Below are positions 49,906-58,968 of a stretch of 64,000 bases of DNA, one piece after another. The notes beneath the pieces are model-generated. The model did not search any database, was not told the origin of the DNA, and saw only the letters and a program-made list of their open reading frames with translations. This DNA is from an uncultured Acidimicrobiales bacterium. GTDB lineage: Bacteria; Actinomycetota; Acidimicrobiia; Acidimicrobiales; JANYDT01. Every line of letters starts with the position of its first letter. Position 1 is the stretch's first letter. A program made the position numbers and the translations under genes. The stretch is taken from the NCBI GenBank assembly GCA_963763135.1, contig CAVXNJ010000012.1:851789-915788 (forward strand). Direction: 5' to 3'.

Positions 49906-50891
49906 TGCATTGACTCAGCGATCTCACGGGCGAAATAGGTCAGGATCATGTCGGCGCCGGCTCGCTTTACCGCGGTGAGTTGCTCAACGGCCATGGCGTC
50001 GCCATCGATCCATCCGCGCTCGGCGGCCGCTTTGATCATCGAGTACTCGCCCGATACGTGGTAGGCAGCCAACGGGACATCGACGGCAGCACGGACTTTC
50101 GCGATGATGTCGAGATAGGTGACAGCCGGTTTCACCATCACCATGTCGGCTCCTTCCGCGATGTCGAGCAGCACCTCTGCCACGGCCTCACGGGCGTTGT
50201 GCCAATCCTGCTGGTAACCCTTTCGATCCCCGCCACCGGCGATGCGCACATCGACTGCATCACGGAAGGGGCCGTAGAGGGCCGTCGCATACTTGGCGGA
50301 ATACGCCAGGATCGGGGTGTCGGCGTAACCGGCAGAGTCGAGCCCGGCTCGGATCGCTCGGACCTGTCCATCCATCATTCCGCTCGGGGCCACAACCTGA
50401 GCGCCCGCCTCAGCCTGCGCGATACCTATGCGCGCATAGAGTTCGAGCGTGGCGTCGTTCAGAACGTTGCCGTGCGCATCGAGCACTCCACAATGCCCAT
50501 GGCTGGTGTACTCGTCGAGGCAGAGATCGCTCATCAAAACGACCGAATCACCCAGATCGTCGCGCAGTTGCTTGAGCGCAATCTGCATGATCCCATCGGG
50601 GTTCCAAGCTTCGGATCCCTCAGGATCCTTCGTCGACGGCACCCCGAACAAAATCACGCCGGGGACGCCCAAATCCGTAAGTTCGCGTACTTCTTTGCGA
50701 AGGCTTTCGACCGTATGTTGGACGATTCCCGGGAGCGATGAAATGGGCTGAGGTTCAGTAATCCCCTGCCGCACGAACAGCGGTGCGATGAGATCGTCGA
50801 CCCCCAGGTGGGTTTCCGCCACCAGCCGACGAAGGGCCGGGGTCCGACGAAGCCGTCGCATACGACGCGACGGAAAGAGATCAGCGCTCAC
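49902..50891 (-). CDS. hemB: Porphobilinogen synthase (5-aminolevulinate dehydratase)
   Basis: 329 aa with RRMRRLRRTPALRRLV, DLCLDEYTSHGHCGV, SAKYATALYGPFRDA and VKPA..YLD. Confidence 0.93.
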   Translation of the reverse strand: MSADLFPSRRMRRLRRTPALRRLVAETHLGVDDLIAPLFVRQGITEPQPISSLPGIVQHTVESLRKEVRELTDLGVPGVILFGVPSTKDPEGSEAWNPDGIMQIALKQLRDDLGDSVVLMSDLCLDEYTSHGHCGVLDAHGNVLNDATLELYARIGIAQAEAGAQVVAPSGMMDGQVRAIRAGLDSAGYADTPILAYSAKYATALYGPFRDAVDVRIAGGGDRKGYQQDWHNAREAVAEVLLDIAEGADMVMVKPAVTYLDIIAKVRAAVDVPLAAYHVSGEYSMIKAAAERGWIDGDAMAVEQLTAVKRAGADMILTYFAREIAESMQ

Positions 50892-50949
50892 GATGCATTG
50901 CCTTCAGTGTGTTGGTTGTGGGTTGTCAGGACAGCGTTGTTGACATCGG

Positions 50950-51603
50950 TCAGGCGCGGGCGACGCCGACCGGGCACGACACACCGGTTCCGCCGATACC
51001 GCAGTACCCGTTCGGGTTCTTCGCCAGGTACTGCTGGTGATACGGCTCGGCGTAATAGAACGCCCCGAGCGAAACGATCTCGGTGGTGATGTCGCCGTAA
51101 CCGGCTTTGGCGAGTTCCTGTTGAAACATCGCCTTGCTGGCGTTGGCGGCTGCGAGCTGTTCGGGTGAGTTCGCGTAGATACCGGAGCGGTACTGCGTGC
51201 CGACATCGTTGCCCTGCCGCATGCCCTGGGTCGGATTGTGGTTCTCCCAGAACACCTTCAGCACACCTTCGTAGGAGATGAGGGCCGGGTTGAAGATCAC
51301 GAGGACGACCTCGTTGTGCCCAGTGCGACCGGTGCATACCTCTTCGTAGGACGGGTTGGGCGTGATTCCCCCGGCGTATCCGACGGCGGTCGAGTACACA
51401 CCCGGCGCCTGCCAGAACTTCCGCTCGGCTCCCCAGAAGCAGCCGAGCCCGAACACGGCGGTCTGCATGCCCTCGGGGAACGGTGGGGTCATCGGCGTTC
51501 CGTTGACGAAATGCGCCGCCGGAACGGGAGTCGGGGTGGACCGCCCGGGGAGGGCGGTTTCCGCAGTCGGCATCTCAAGTGTTTTGCGTCCGAATAGAGC
51601 CAT
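50950..51603 (-). CDS. msrA: Peptide-methionine (S)-S-oxide reductase MsrA
   Basis: 217 aa with the [11 protein letters not shown] active-site motif. Confidence 0.93.
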   Translation of the reverse strand: MALFGRKTLEMPTAETALPGRSTPTPVPAAHFVNGTPMTPPFPEGMQTAVFGLGCFWGAERKFWQAPGVYSTAVGYAGGITPNPSYEEVCTGRTGHNEVVLVIFNPALISYEGVLKVFWENHNPTQGMRQGNDVGTQYRSGIYANSPEQLAAANASKAMFQQELAKAGYGDITTEIVSLGAFYYAEPYHQQYLAKNPNGYCGIGGTGVSCPVGVARA

Positions 51604-51617
51604 GGGTCCAATCGTAC

Positions 51618-51806
51618 GCGTGTTTCGGAGATTCGGCCCCAGTTCCTGAGAAACCGTTTAAACACGCCGCAACAAGCACAGCGTGTTTCGGAGATTCGGC
51701 CCCAGTTCCTGAGAAACCGTTTAAACACGCCGCAACAAGCACAGCGTGTTTCGGAGATTCGGCCCCAGTTCCTGAGAAACCGTTTAAACACGCCGCAACA
51801 AGCACA
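51618..51806. repeat. 63-bp tandem repeat, 3 perfect copies
   Basis: Unit GCGTGTTTCGGAGATTCGGCCCCAGTTCCTGAGAAACCGTTTAAACACGCCGCAACAAGCACA at 51618, 51681 and 51744. Each unit contains GCGTGTTT...AAACACGC inverted arms. Lies between the divergent msrA and GNAT genes. Confidence 0.95.
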
Positions 51807-51889
51807 GCGAAACGGAGCAGTGGAATATCGAAGTCGGCGTCACGTATTGGCCGAAGGGTCTCGGCCAGCTCTGGTTAGCATCACTCGCC

Positions 51890-52381
51890 ATGTTCGAATT
51901 ACGGGTTCTCACCACCGACGACGTACCGGTCTACCGCGAGATCCGCTTGCGTGCATTGTCGAGTGACCCGCAGGCGTTCGGCTCGACATTCGAGCGGGAG
52001 TCGTCGTTCCTCGACGAGACGTGGGCAGCGCGGCTGAATGGGATCCAGGGCCTCCCGGGAGTGGTGCATCTTGCAGCCTCCGAAACCGGAGCGTCGATCG
52101 GAGTCGCAGGAGTTGGGTTCACGCCCGAGGAACCGACCTCGGCCTACCTCTGGGGCATGTGGGTCGCCCCGGAGGCACGTGGCACGGGCGTGTCGAGGGC
52201 GCTGGTCGCAGCCTGTATCGGCTGGGCACGCTCCGTTGGTGCGTCGGGCATCATGCTCGACGTGAAGCGCGACAACGCCCCGGCAATAGCGTTATACGTG
52301 CGGATGGGTTTCGTTCACGCAGGCGTCGTTCCCGGCGAAGACGCCTGCGCCGGCGAACTCCGCATGACCCAGGCTCTGTGA
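51890..52381 (+). CDS. GNAT family N-acetyltransferase
   Basis: 163 aa. Acetyl-CoA-binding region WVAPEARGTGVSRALVAA, and NAPAIALYVRMGF. Confidence 0.85.
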   Translation: MFELRVLTTDDVPVYREIRLRALSSDPQAFGSTFERESSFLDETWAARLNGIQGLPGVVHLAASETGASIGVAGVGFTPEEPTSAYLWGMWVAPEARGTGVSRALVAACIGWARSVGASGIMLDVKRDNAPAIALYVRMGFVHAGVVPGEDACAGELRMTQAL

Positions 52382-52398
52382 GTGTGTGCGTTTTCTTA

Positions 52399-52856
52399 GG
52401 CCCGCCGCTTAGTTAACCGCGGCCCCGGCGAGGGTTGAAAGAGCGAGCGCCAGCGAGCGAGCGAAACCACCGAGACCGGATCCAGGGCCGCCAAAGGCGG
52501 GACTCGAAGCGAACAGGAGCCGGAGGGTCGCGAAGCGGACCGGTGCGCAGACAAAGGGCCCGCCGCTTAGCTAACCGCGGCCCCGGCGAGGGTTGAAAGA
52601 GCGAGCGCCAGCGAGCGAGCGAAACCACCGAGACCGGATCCAGGGCCGCCAAAGGCGGGACTCGAAGCGAACAGGAGCCGCAGGGTCGCGAAGCGGACCG
52701 GTGCGCAGACAAAGGGCCCGCCGCTTAGCTAACCGCGGCCCCGGCGAGGGTTGAAAGAGCGAGCGCCAGCGAGCGAGCGAAACCACCGAGACCGGATCCA
52801 GGGCCGCCAAAGGCGGGACTCGAAGCGAAGCGGAGATGGGGCCCGCCGCTTAGTTA
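52399..52856. repeat. 158-bp tandem repeat, about 2.8 copies, filling the GNAT/dapD convergent spacer
   Basis: Units start at 52399, 52557 and 52715 (the third is truncated after ~124 bp). The unit-start motif GCCCGCCGCTTAG recurs at 52841 and includes the dapD stop codon. Copies are nearly identical. Confidence 0.92.
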
Positions 52857-53983
52857 CGGTGAAGGACGTCGTTGAGGCCGGTCCATTTGGCTGAGCCGCT
52901 GGGAAGGGCCTCGAGCGCACCCGTTTGACCGTGGCGACGGAACAGGAGGTTGTCGGCGCCACTCAACACCTTGGCCTTCACCACTTCGCCGTCGGGGAGC
53001 TTCACGAGCGAACCGGCGGTGATGTAGCACCCGGCTTCGACGATGCAGTTGTCGCCCAGCGAAATGCCGATGCCGGCGTTGGCCCCGAGGAGGCAGTTCT
53101 TTCCGACACGAACCACTTCCTTACCGCCACCGGACAGGGTTCCCATGATCGACGCACCGCCTCCAATATCGGAGTGATCGTCGACGATCACACCTTGGCT
53201 GATGCGTCCTTCGACCATCGACACACCGAGGGTTCCGCCGTTGAAGTTGCAGTACCCCTCGTGCATCACGGTGGTGCCTTCAGCCAGGTGGGCTCCGAGA
53301 CGGACCCGGGTCGCATCAGCGATACGCACTCCCGATGGCACGACGTAGTCGGCCATGGCCGGGAACTTGTCGATGCCATGCACGCGCACGTCGTGACCCG
53401 CCGCTCGCAGCTTGGCCCGCACCAGGTCGAAGCCATCGGGATCAAACGGGCCGAGGTTCGTCCACACGACGTTGTTCAGATGGCCAAAAATTCCGTCCAA
53501 CGAGATGGCGTTGGGCTGCACCTTTCGATGCGAAAGGAGGTGGAGTCGAAAGTAGACATCGGATACCGAGGTAGGGGCGTCAGTAGGTGCACTTATGAAA
53601 ACGACCACCGCTTTGCGGGTGCCGCCGAGCGGGGCCGGCAGCCGCAACGCATCCCGCGCCGCCTGGGTCGCCTCGATGTTGGGGTGGGATTTGCCATCAC
53701 CGTCGAAGGCACTGAAGTGGGCAAGGGCCGCGTCGAGTGCCGACGCATCAGCATCGTAGGTGCCGGTACCGCTCTTGTGCCCGACGACGGATGCAAGCAC
53801 CGCGCCCGCTCCGAAATTCTCCGACAGGTTGACAACGGGAAACGCGGTGTCGAGGACCTTTCCGGAGGGGGCCACCACCGCTACACCGACGGCAAAGGCA
53901 TACGGGCGCGCATACCCTTCGCTTGCTTCGACGGCAGCTACATGGGAATTGAATGATTCGATCGAGGCGGACACGGCGGACAC
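52850..53983 (-). CDS. dapD: 2,3,4,5-tetrahydropyridine-2,6-dicarboxylate N-succinyltransferase (actinobacterial type)
   Basis: Hexapeptide-repeat C-terminus ([47 protein letters not shown]) and [10 protein letters not shown]. Start set at GTG 53983, because the longer ORF runs into the hairpin repeats. Start is uncertain. Confidence 0.85.
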   Translation of the reverse strand: MSAVSASIESFNSHVAAVEASEGYARPYAFAVGVAVVAPSGKVLDTAFPVVNLSENFGAGAVLASVVGHKSGTGTYDADASALDAALAHFSAFDGDGKSHPNIEATQAARDALRLPAPLGGTRKAVVVFISAPTDAPTSVSDVYFRLHLLSHRKVQPNAISLDGIFGHLNNVVWTNLGPFDPDGFDLVRAKLRAAGHDVRVHGIDKFPAMADYVVPSGVRIADATRVRLGAHLAEGTTVMHEGYCNFNGGTLGVSMVEGRISQGVIVDDHSDIGGGASIMGTLSGGGKEVVRVGKNCLLGANAGIGISLGDNCIVEAGCYITAGSLVKLPDGEVVKAKVLSGADNLLFRRHGQTGALEALPSGSAKWTGLNDVLHRN

Positions 53984-54050
53984 GTTAGTAAAGCCTTTGC
54001 CCGCCCGAGGCCGACTTCCGCCGAAACGTAGCGTCTCCGGTCCTGGCGAA

Positions 54051-54158
54051 CATGTAGCCGAAGTCGCCACGAGGCAACACCTACGGCTACATAAACGGTG
54101 GGTTCGACGAACATGTAGCCGAATCGTCCACGGGGCAACACCTACGGCTACATAAACG
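54051..54158. repeat. Two tandem copies (61-bp period) of the dispersed hairpin element
   Basis: CATGTAGCCG-N23-CGGCTACATAAACG at 54051-54097 and 54112-54158. The 9-bp stem is ATGTAGCCG/CGGCTACAT. Lies directly 3' of the hemD stop (54165). Confidence 0.85.
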
Positions 54159-54164
54159 AGGGGT

Positions 54165-54911
54165 TCAGACCCTCAAGATGGCTTCCACGCATGCGATGAG
54201 ACCGTCGAGCGTGTGAGGATCGGCGGTTGCCTCGACCGCAACACCGAGTTCGTTCAAGGTCTGCGTGGTCTGGGGGCCAATGCTGATCACACGGGCCGGG
54301 AGGCCGTCCACGCCGAATGCGTCGACCATCGAGCGAGCCGCTGAGGATGAAGCACACAGCACAGCGTCGACGGTCTTCGCCTGTGCCCGTTCGAGTGACG
54401 AGGGTACGCGCGGTGTCGTTCGGTACGCGGTCACGATGTCAACCGCCCAACCTTTGGCGCCAAGCCCGACGGCAACGACGTCCCGGGCCGTCTCGGCACG
54501 CGGGAGGAGGACCCTTCGGCCACCGCTCTCGGCGGCTTTGGGGAACACCTCGACCAGACCTTCGCCGACGGATCGTTTCGGAACCAGCGCGACGTCAAAG
54601 CCCAGGTCTCGACACACGGCCGCGGTTCCAGGACCGATCGTCGCCAATCGTACGAGCGCGTCAGGGCCGAGCAGTGGAAGTGACCTCGCAGCAGCATTCG
54701 GCGACGTGAGGACCACCCAGTCATACGGCGAACCCGGCTCATTCACGGCGCTCATCGCAGTTTCGAGTTGCGCACCACCGTCAGCGGGGTCGACAACTTC
54801 GATCAGCGGAATCTCCACGACCTCACAGCCGAGTCGTCGGAGTCGGGCGGTGAGGTCCCCCGCCTGCTCCGCTGCCCTCGTCACGAGCACTCGCAACGGC
54901 GTCGGAGTCAC
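54165..54911 (-). CDS. hemD: Uroporphyrinogen-III synthase
   Basis: [34 protein letters not shown], and position immediately after hemC. Start set at GTG 54911, just after the hemC stop. Confidence 0.85.
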   Translation of the reverse strand: MTPTPLRVLVTRAAEQAGDLTARLRRLGCEVVEIPLIEVVDPADGGAQLETAMSAVNEPGSPYDWVVLTSPNAAARSLPLLGPDALVRLATIGPGTAAVCRDLGFDVALVPKRSVGEGLVEVFPKAAESGGRRVLLPRAETARDVVAVGLGAKGWAVDIVTAYRTTPRVPSSLERAQAKTVDAVLCASSSAARSMVDAFGVDGLPARVISIGPQTTQTLNELGVAVEATADPHTLDGLIACVEAILRV

Positions 54912-54918
54912 CTTTGAC

Positions 54919-55854
54919 TCACCGCTTTTTGAGAAGTTCGCCGCCGCCGAGCCGCAAAATTTCTGCGGCCACAAGCTGACCGAGAGCGACCGGATCAAAC
55001 CCGCTTGAGTCGAACCGGATGACCTTGGTGCCGTCGGGCGATGCCACAAGAGCGTCGAGGGAAAATTCCGTAGGGCCATCGCCCGCTTCGAGGCCGATCG
55101 TCTCGTACGGCACAGCCAGCGCCGCCACCGGAAGATCGCAACCGGTGCCGAGCTCAGCCAGAAAGGCGCGCTCAGCGGTTAGCGCAGCGTGGGAGTCGGG
55201 ATCGTTGATCAGGCTCAACGCCCGAATCGTGGATTCATCGTCGGACCGGCACTCAACGGCAATAGCTCCCTGGCCGACCATCGGAAGCATCCGGTTGGGG
55301 CTGAGCACCTCGGCGATGTGCTCGGTGAGCTCAAGACGCTGCAACGAGGCCATCGCCATCACAATTGCGTCGAAGCTTTTCGACTTCTCAAGGCGCGTGT
55401 TGATGTTTCCGCGCAGTTCGTGAAAGACGATGTCGGGTCGCATCGACGAAAGCAGCGCCCGGCGGCGAACGGAGCCGGTAGCGATCGAGCCACCCTGCGG
55501 AATGTGCGCAAGGGCCTTCCCCACCAGAACATCACGGACGTCGGCCCGCTCCGGAACCGCGACGATCGTTAGGCCGGGAGTAGGAGCAGACGGCAGATCC
55601 TTCGCCGAGTGAACCGCGAAATCAGCGCGACCCTCAAGAACAGCGGCTTGCACTTCTTTGACGAACACACCCTGGCCACCGATTTGGTGCAACGGCGTTC
55701 CGATGGCTTGCGTACGGTCTCCGAGCGTGTCGACGAAGACCAGTTCGTGGCTCGTGTCGGGGATCAGCTTCTTGAGAAGTTGGCCGACGTGGAGCGTCTG
55801 CCATTTCGCGAGCGGGCTGGAGCGGGTCGCGGCCCGCAGCAGGCCGGGGCTCAC
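54919..55854 (-). CDS. hemC: Hydroxymethylbilane synthase (porphobilinogen deaminase)
   Basis: 311 aa with TRSSPLAKWQ, GGQGVFVKEV, HSAKDLP, and GTGCDLPVAA holding the cofactor Cys. Confidence 0.92.
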   Translation of the reverse strand: MSPGLLRAATRSSPLAKWQTLHVGQLLKKLIPDTSHELVFVDTLGDRTQAIGTPLHQIGGQGVFVKEVQAAVLEGRADFAVHSAKDLPSAPTPGLTIVAVPERADVRDVLVGKALAHIPQGGSIATGSVRRRALLSSMRPDIVFHELRGNINTRLEKSKSFDAIVMAMASLQRLELTEHIAEVLSPNRMLPMVGQGAIAVECRSDDESTIRALSLINDPDSHAALTAERAFLAELGTGCDLPVAALAVPYETIGLEAGDGPTEFSLDALVASPDGTKVIRFDSSGFDPVALGQLVAAEILRLGGGELLKKR

Positions 55855-57119
55855 GATTCGTCGAGTTGAAAAAGTGCCCGCAGGGCGTCGGCCATGCGGT
55901 TTCCGCGCACCGTGCCCGCATGTTCCTTCAGCCGAACCGTGGGCTCGTGAAGGAGCTTGGCCACGAGCTGCTTCGTCAGAGCCTCAACCGCATCGTGCTG
56001 CTCAGGCGTGAGCTCGGCCAGCCGTGAATCGAAACGGGCCAGTTGATCGGTGCGCATACGTTCTGCTTTGGTGCGAAGCCCGGTGATCAGCGGTGCAACC
56101 AGACGGGCAGAAGCTCCAGCGGTGAACCGCTCGCATTCCTCAGCCACGATGTTCTGGACAGCTTCGATCTCGCGGCGTCGGGAGTCGAGACCGCGCTCGA
56201 CGAACTCTCGGATCGATTCAAGATCAAGCAGGGTCACACCCGGAACCGTTGATGCCGAAGGGTCGACATCGCGAGGCATCGCGGTATCGACGATGAGCAG
56301 CTCGCGTCCGTCACGCGAGGCCATGACCATTTCGACATCGTCGCGTTCGAGCACGACCGAATCCGATGAAGTCGCGGTCAGAAGAACATCGACATCCATC
56401 AGCGCCGTCGGAAGCTCGTGCAACGGGACTGCCCGGCCGCCGACCTGCTGAGCGAGCTGCGCCGCTTTCTGCCGAGTGCGATTTGCAACCAGGACTTCGC
56501 CGACACCTGCGCGCTGCAAGGCGTTGACCATGCTCACGCCGATTTCACCGGTCCCGAGCACCAGCACGGTTCGGCCGGAGAGGCTTCCCATGCGGTCTGC
56601 GGCAAGTTCGACGGCGGCGTGGGAGACCGACGCCGTGCCCCGAGCGATTCCGGTCTCGGTTCGAGCTCGCTTCCCGGTCTCCAACGCGTGGCGAAACAGC
56701 GAGGACAGGTGAGGCCCGGTCACGCCACCGCTTTGTGCTGCGTCGAACGCCGTGCGGACCTGACCAAGAATTTCGGTCTCCCCCACGACTGCGGAATCGA
56801 GACCCGCGGTTACTCCGAAAAGATGGCTGACCGCGGCTTCGTCGTAGGCCGTGAAGAGATGCTCGGCGAAGTGACCCTGGCCGAGACCGGACAACTCGAC
56901 AAAGAACTGGTTGATGTCGGAAAGCGCTCCGTGGAAGGTCTCGCACACGGCGTAGACCTCAGTACGGTTGCACGTGGAGAGGATCGCAACCTCGGTCACA
57001 TGCTGACCCGAGGCCAGATGGTGCAATGCCTTCGGGAGTCCTGCCGCAGGCACGGTCATGCGTTCGAGAACGCCGAGTGGAACCGTCCGGTGGTTGAGTC
57101 CGACAACGACTACCGACAC
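55851..57119 (-). CDS. hemA: Glutamyl-tRNA reductase
   Basis: VVVGLNHRTVPLGVLERM, ILSTCNRTEVY and an NADPH-binding GTGEIG. Start is GTG 57119 or 57125. Stop overlaps the hemC start. Confidence 0.92.
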   Translation of the reverse strand: MSVVVVGLNHRTVPLGVLERMTVPAAGLPKALHHLASGQHVTEVAILSTCNRTEVYAVCETFHGALSDINQFFVELSGLGQGHFAEHLFTAYDEAAVSHLFGVTAGLDSAVVGETEILGQVRTAFDAAQSGGVTGPHLSSLFRHALETGKRARTETGIARGTASVSHAAVELAADRMGSLSGRTVLVLGTGEIGVSMVNALQRAGVGEVLVANRTRQKAAQLAQQVGGRAVPLHELPTALMDVDVLLTATSSDSVVLERDDVEMVMASRDGRELLIVDTAMPRDVDPSASTVPGVTLLDLESIREFVERGLDSRRREIEAVQNIVAEECERFTAGASARLVAPLITGLRTKAERMRTDQLARFDSRLAELTPEQHDAVEALTKQLVAKLLHEPTVRLKEHAGTVRGNRMADALRALFQLDES

Positions 57120-57346
57120 GTGCACCTCGACGAGCCATCGAAAGCGCGGGTACGGGCCGGGCCGGAGCGTCAGCGTTGAAGATCGGCGGAACAAGAGATT
57201 TCGAGCCACAACGAGACGTGGACCCGAATCCGGTTCGGCGCGACAGAGGACAACTCACGGTCATACAGTCTGACCTGTTTCGGGCGTTGAACCAAACGCT
57301 GGGAACCGATGAGCACGATTCGTGACCATTGGCTGAGGATTTCACG

Positions 57347-57997
57347 CTAAACCGCCTGCTCAGCGTGGTCGTTATGGCCATGGTGGAAGCTGAGAATCTG
57401 AAGTTCGAGCGCCAAATCCACCCGACGGACGGTGACGTCGGGTGGAACAACCAGAACCGCTGGGGAGAAGTTGAGAATCGAGCGGATACCGCATGCCACC
57501 ATCTGATCGGCAACGGCCTGCGCAGCTGAGCCGGGCGTGGCAATAATTCCAATCGCGACATCATCAGTTTTCGCGATCGAACCGAGATCCGACGTGGGCT
57601 GGATCGCGAGTTTGCCCACCATCTGACCGGCCTTGGTGGGATCCGCGTCGAGCAGCGCGGCAATCCGGAAACCCCGAGCGCTGAAGCCGCTGTACGACGC
57701 GAGCGCCCGACCTAGGTTGCCGATCCCCACGATCACGACCGGCCAATCCTGCGTCAGCCCAAGCTCCCGGGCGATCTGGTGCATCAGATTTTCGACGTCG
57801 TAACCAACGCCCCTGGTGCCGTATGTACCGAGGTAGCTCAGGTCTTTGCGAACCTTCGCTGCGTTGACCCCTGTCAGTTCGGCCAACGATTCCGAACTTA
57901 CCGTCGCCGCCTTACCCTGCTCGAGCTCCACCAGGGCCCGGTAGTAGAGAGGCAGTCGTTCAACCGTTGCTTCCGGTATGCGCGCGGCCCTCGACAT
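57347..57997 (-). CDS. rex: Redox-sensing transcriptional repressor Rex
   Basis: 216 aa with IPEATVERLPLYYRAL, LGTYGTRGVGYDV and a Rossmann motif VVIVGIGNLG. Confidence 0.93.
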   Translation of the reverse strand: MSRAARIPEATVERLPLYYRALVELEQGKAATVSSESLAELTGVNAAKVRKDLSYLGTYGTRGVGYDVENLMHQIARELGLTQDWPVVIVGIGNLGRALASYSGFSARGFRIAALLDADPTKAGQMVGKLAIQPTSDLGSIAKTDDVAIGIIATPGSAAQAVADQMVACGIRSILNFSPAVLVVPPDVTVRRVDLALELQILSFHHGHNDHAEQAV

Positions 57998-58014
57998 AGG
58001 GCCACCCTACGCGC

Positions 58015-58032
58015 TTGTGCTTGCATTCACAA
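58015..58032. promoter_or_regulatory. Candidate Rex operator upstream of rex (autoregulation)
   Basis: TTGTGCTtgcaTTCACAA versus TTGTGAA-N4-TTCACAA (2 mismatches in the left arm, right arm perfect). Lies 18 nt upstream of the rex ATG. Confidence 0.6.
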
Positions 58033-58178
58033 GCTACCGAAGCGACGAACAACAGGTCATCTTCAGGTTGGTGCCACGGAAGGCGCGAACTCGGTTCGCG
58101 CTGACCGTGAAACGAAGATTTGGTCCGGCATCGAACCGACCGGACCGGGCGGGTGAGCGGTCATGTCATGCTGTTGCG

Positions 58179-58916
58179 ATGCTGACCTCGGCTCTGGCCA
58201 TCGGTGCGGCCCTCGTGGCGTTTGCGTTCGGGTGCATGACCTTTGAACGTTGGCGGCTGCGCCGCCTTCCCCAGGATCTCGCCTGGTCGATCGCTCTCGG
58301 CTTGTTCGTGGGTGGAGCCTTGGCCCTCGCCTGGGGCGTGGGCGTTGGCTGGTCTCCCCTGGCGTTTCGGATCTTCTACGCATTCGGCGCGGTGATCAAC
58401 GTGCCGTTTCTCGCCGCCGGCCAGCTCTACCTGCTGGTTCGCCGCCGGAACGCCGACATCGCCAAGAACGTGATCTCGCTTCTTGCCGCTTTTGCCCTCG
58501 GGGTGGTTCTGTTCGCACCTATGAAGGCCGCCGTTCCGAGGGATCGTTTACCTCAGGGCTCCGAGGTGTTCGACGCGGCCCCGCGGATCTTGGCGGCCGT
58601 CGGATCGGGGTTGTCCGCGGTGATCATCTTCGGGGGAACCGCATTCGGGTTGATCCGCGTTCTTCAGGCGAAGCGAAACGCCCGAAAGAACGGCGAGTCG
58701 ATCCCGGGCGTGGGCCGCCGGCTGGCCGGGCTCGTTCTCCTCGCCAGCGGAACGGTGATGCTGTCCTTGAGCGGCACCCTGAACTCCCGACTTGGAGCGA
58801 TGCGCGCCTTCTCCGTCACCTTGACAGTCGGCGTGACGCTGCTGTTTTCGGGTTTCGCCCTGAGCTCACTCCGCGCTCCATCCGACTCCAGCTGGGTGCT
58901 CGCCGATAACGACTGA
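58179..58916 (+). CDS. Polytopic membrane protein of unknown function
   Basis: 245 aa from ATG 58179, with about 7 hydrophobic helices. The longer ORF start (57978) would overlap rex and its operator. Confidence 0.6.
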   Translation: MLTSALAIGAALVAFAFGCMTFERWRLRRLPQDLAWSIALGLFVGGALALAWGVGVGWSPLAFRIFYAFGAVINVPFLAAGQLYLLVRRRNADIAKNVISLLAAFALGVVLFAPMKAAVPRDRLPQGSEVFDAAPRILAAVGSGLSAVIIFGGTAFGLIRVLQAKRNARKNGESIPGVGRRLAGLVLLASGTVMLSLSGTLNSRLGAMRAFSVTLTVGVTLLFSGFALSSLRAPSDSSWVLADND

Positions 58917-58968
58917 CACTCGACTGACACGACAACCGGCATTCACGAACAACGCGACGCGGCTGCCC

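Noticed and set aside
51489-51878. ORFs with internally repeated peptides running through the 63-bp repeats on both strands (51489..51791, 51575..51805, 51579..51878).
   Set aside because: The unit length is a multiple of 3, so any stop-free frame stays open. There is no start context, the composition is Cys/Arg-rich, and one ORF overlaps msrA. They are treated as by-products of a non-coding repeat.
52399-52856. Possible CRISPR array (regularly spaced repeats at 52399-52856, and likewise at 51618-51806 and 10053-10136).
   Set aside because: The units are contiguous with no unique spacers, unit lengths (158, 63 and 28 bp with no spacers) do not fit the repeat-spacer pattern, and no cas genes are nearby. 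These are plain tandem repeats.
54013-54028. Exact 16-mer GACTTCCGCCGAAACG shared between 54013-54028 and 63417-63432, considered as another dispersed repeat.
   Set aside because: The flanks do not align. By rough expectation, about one chance 16-mer match is plausible in a GC-biased window of this size.
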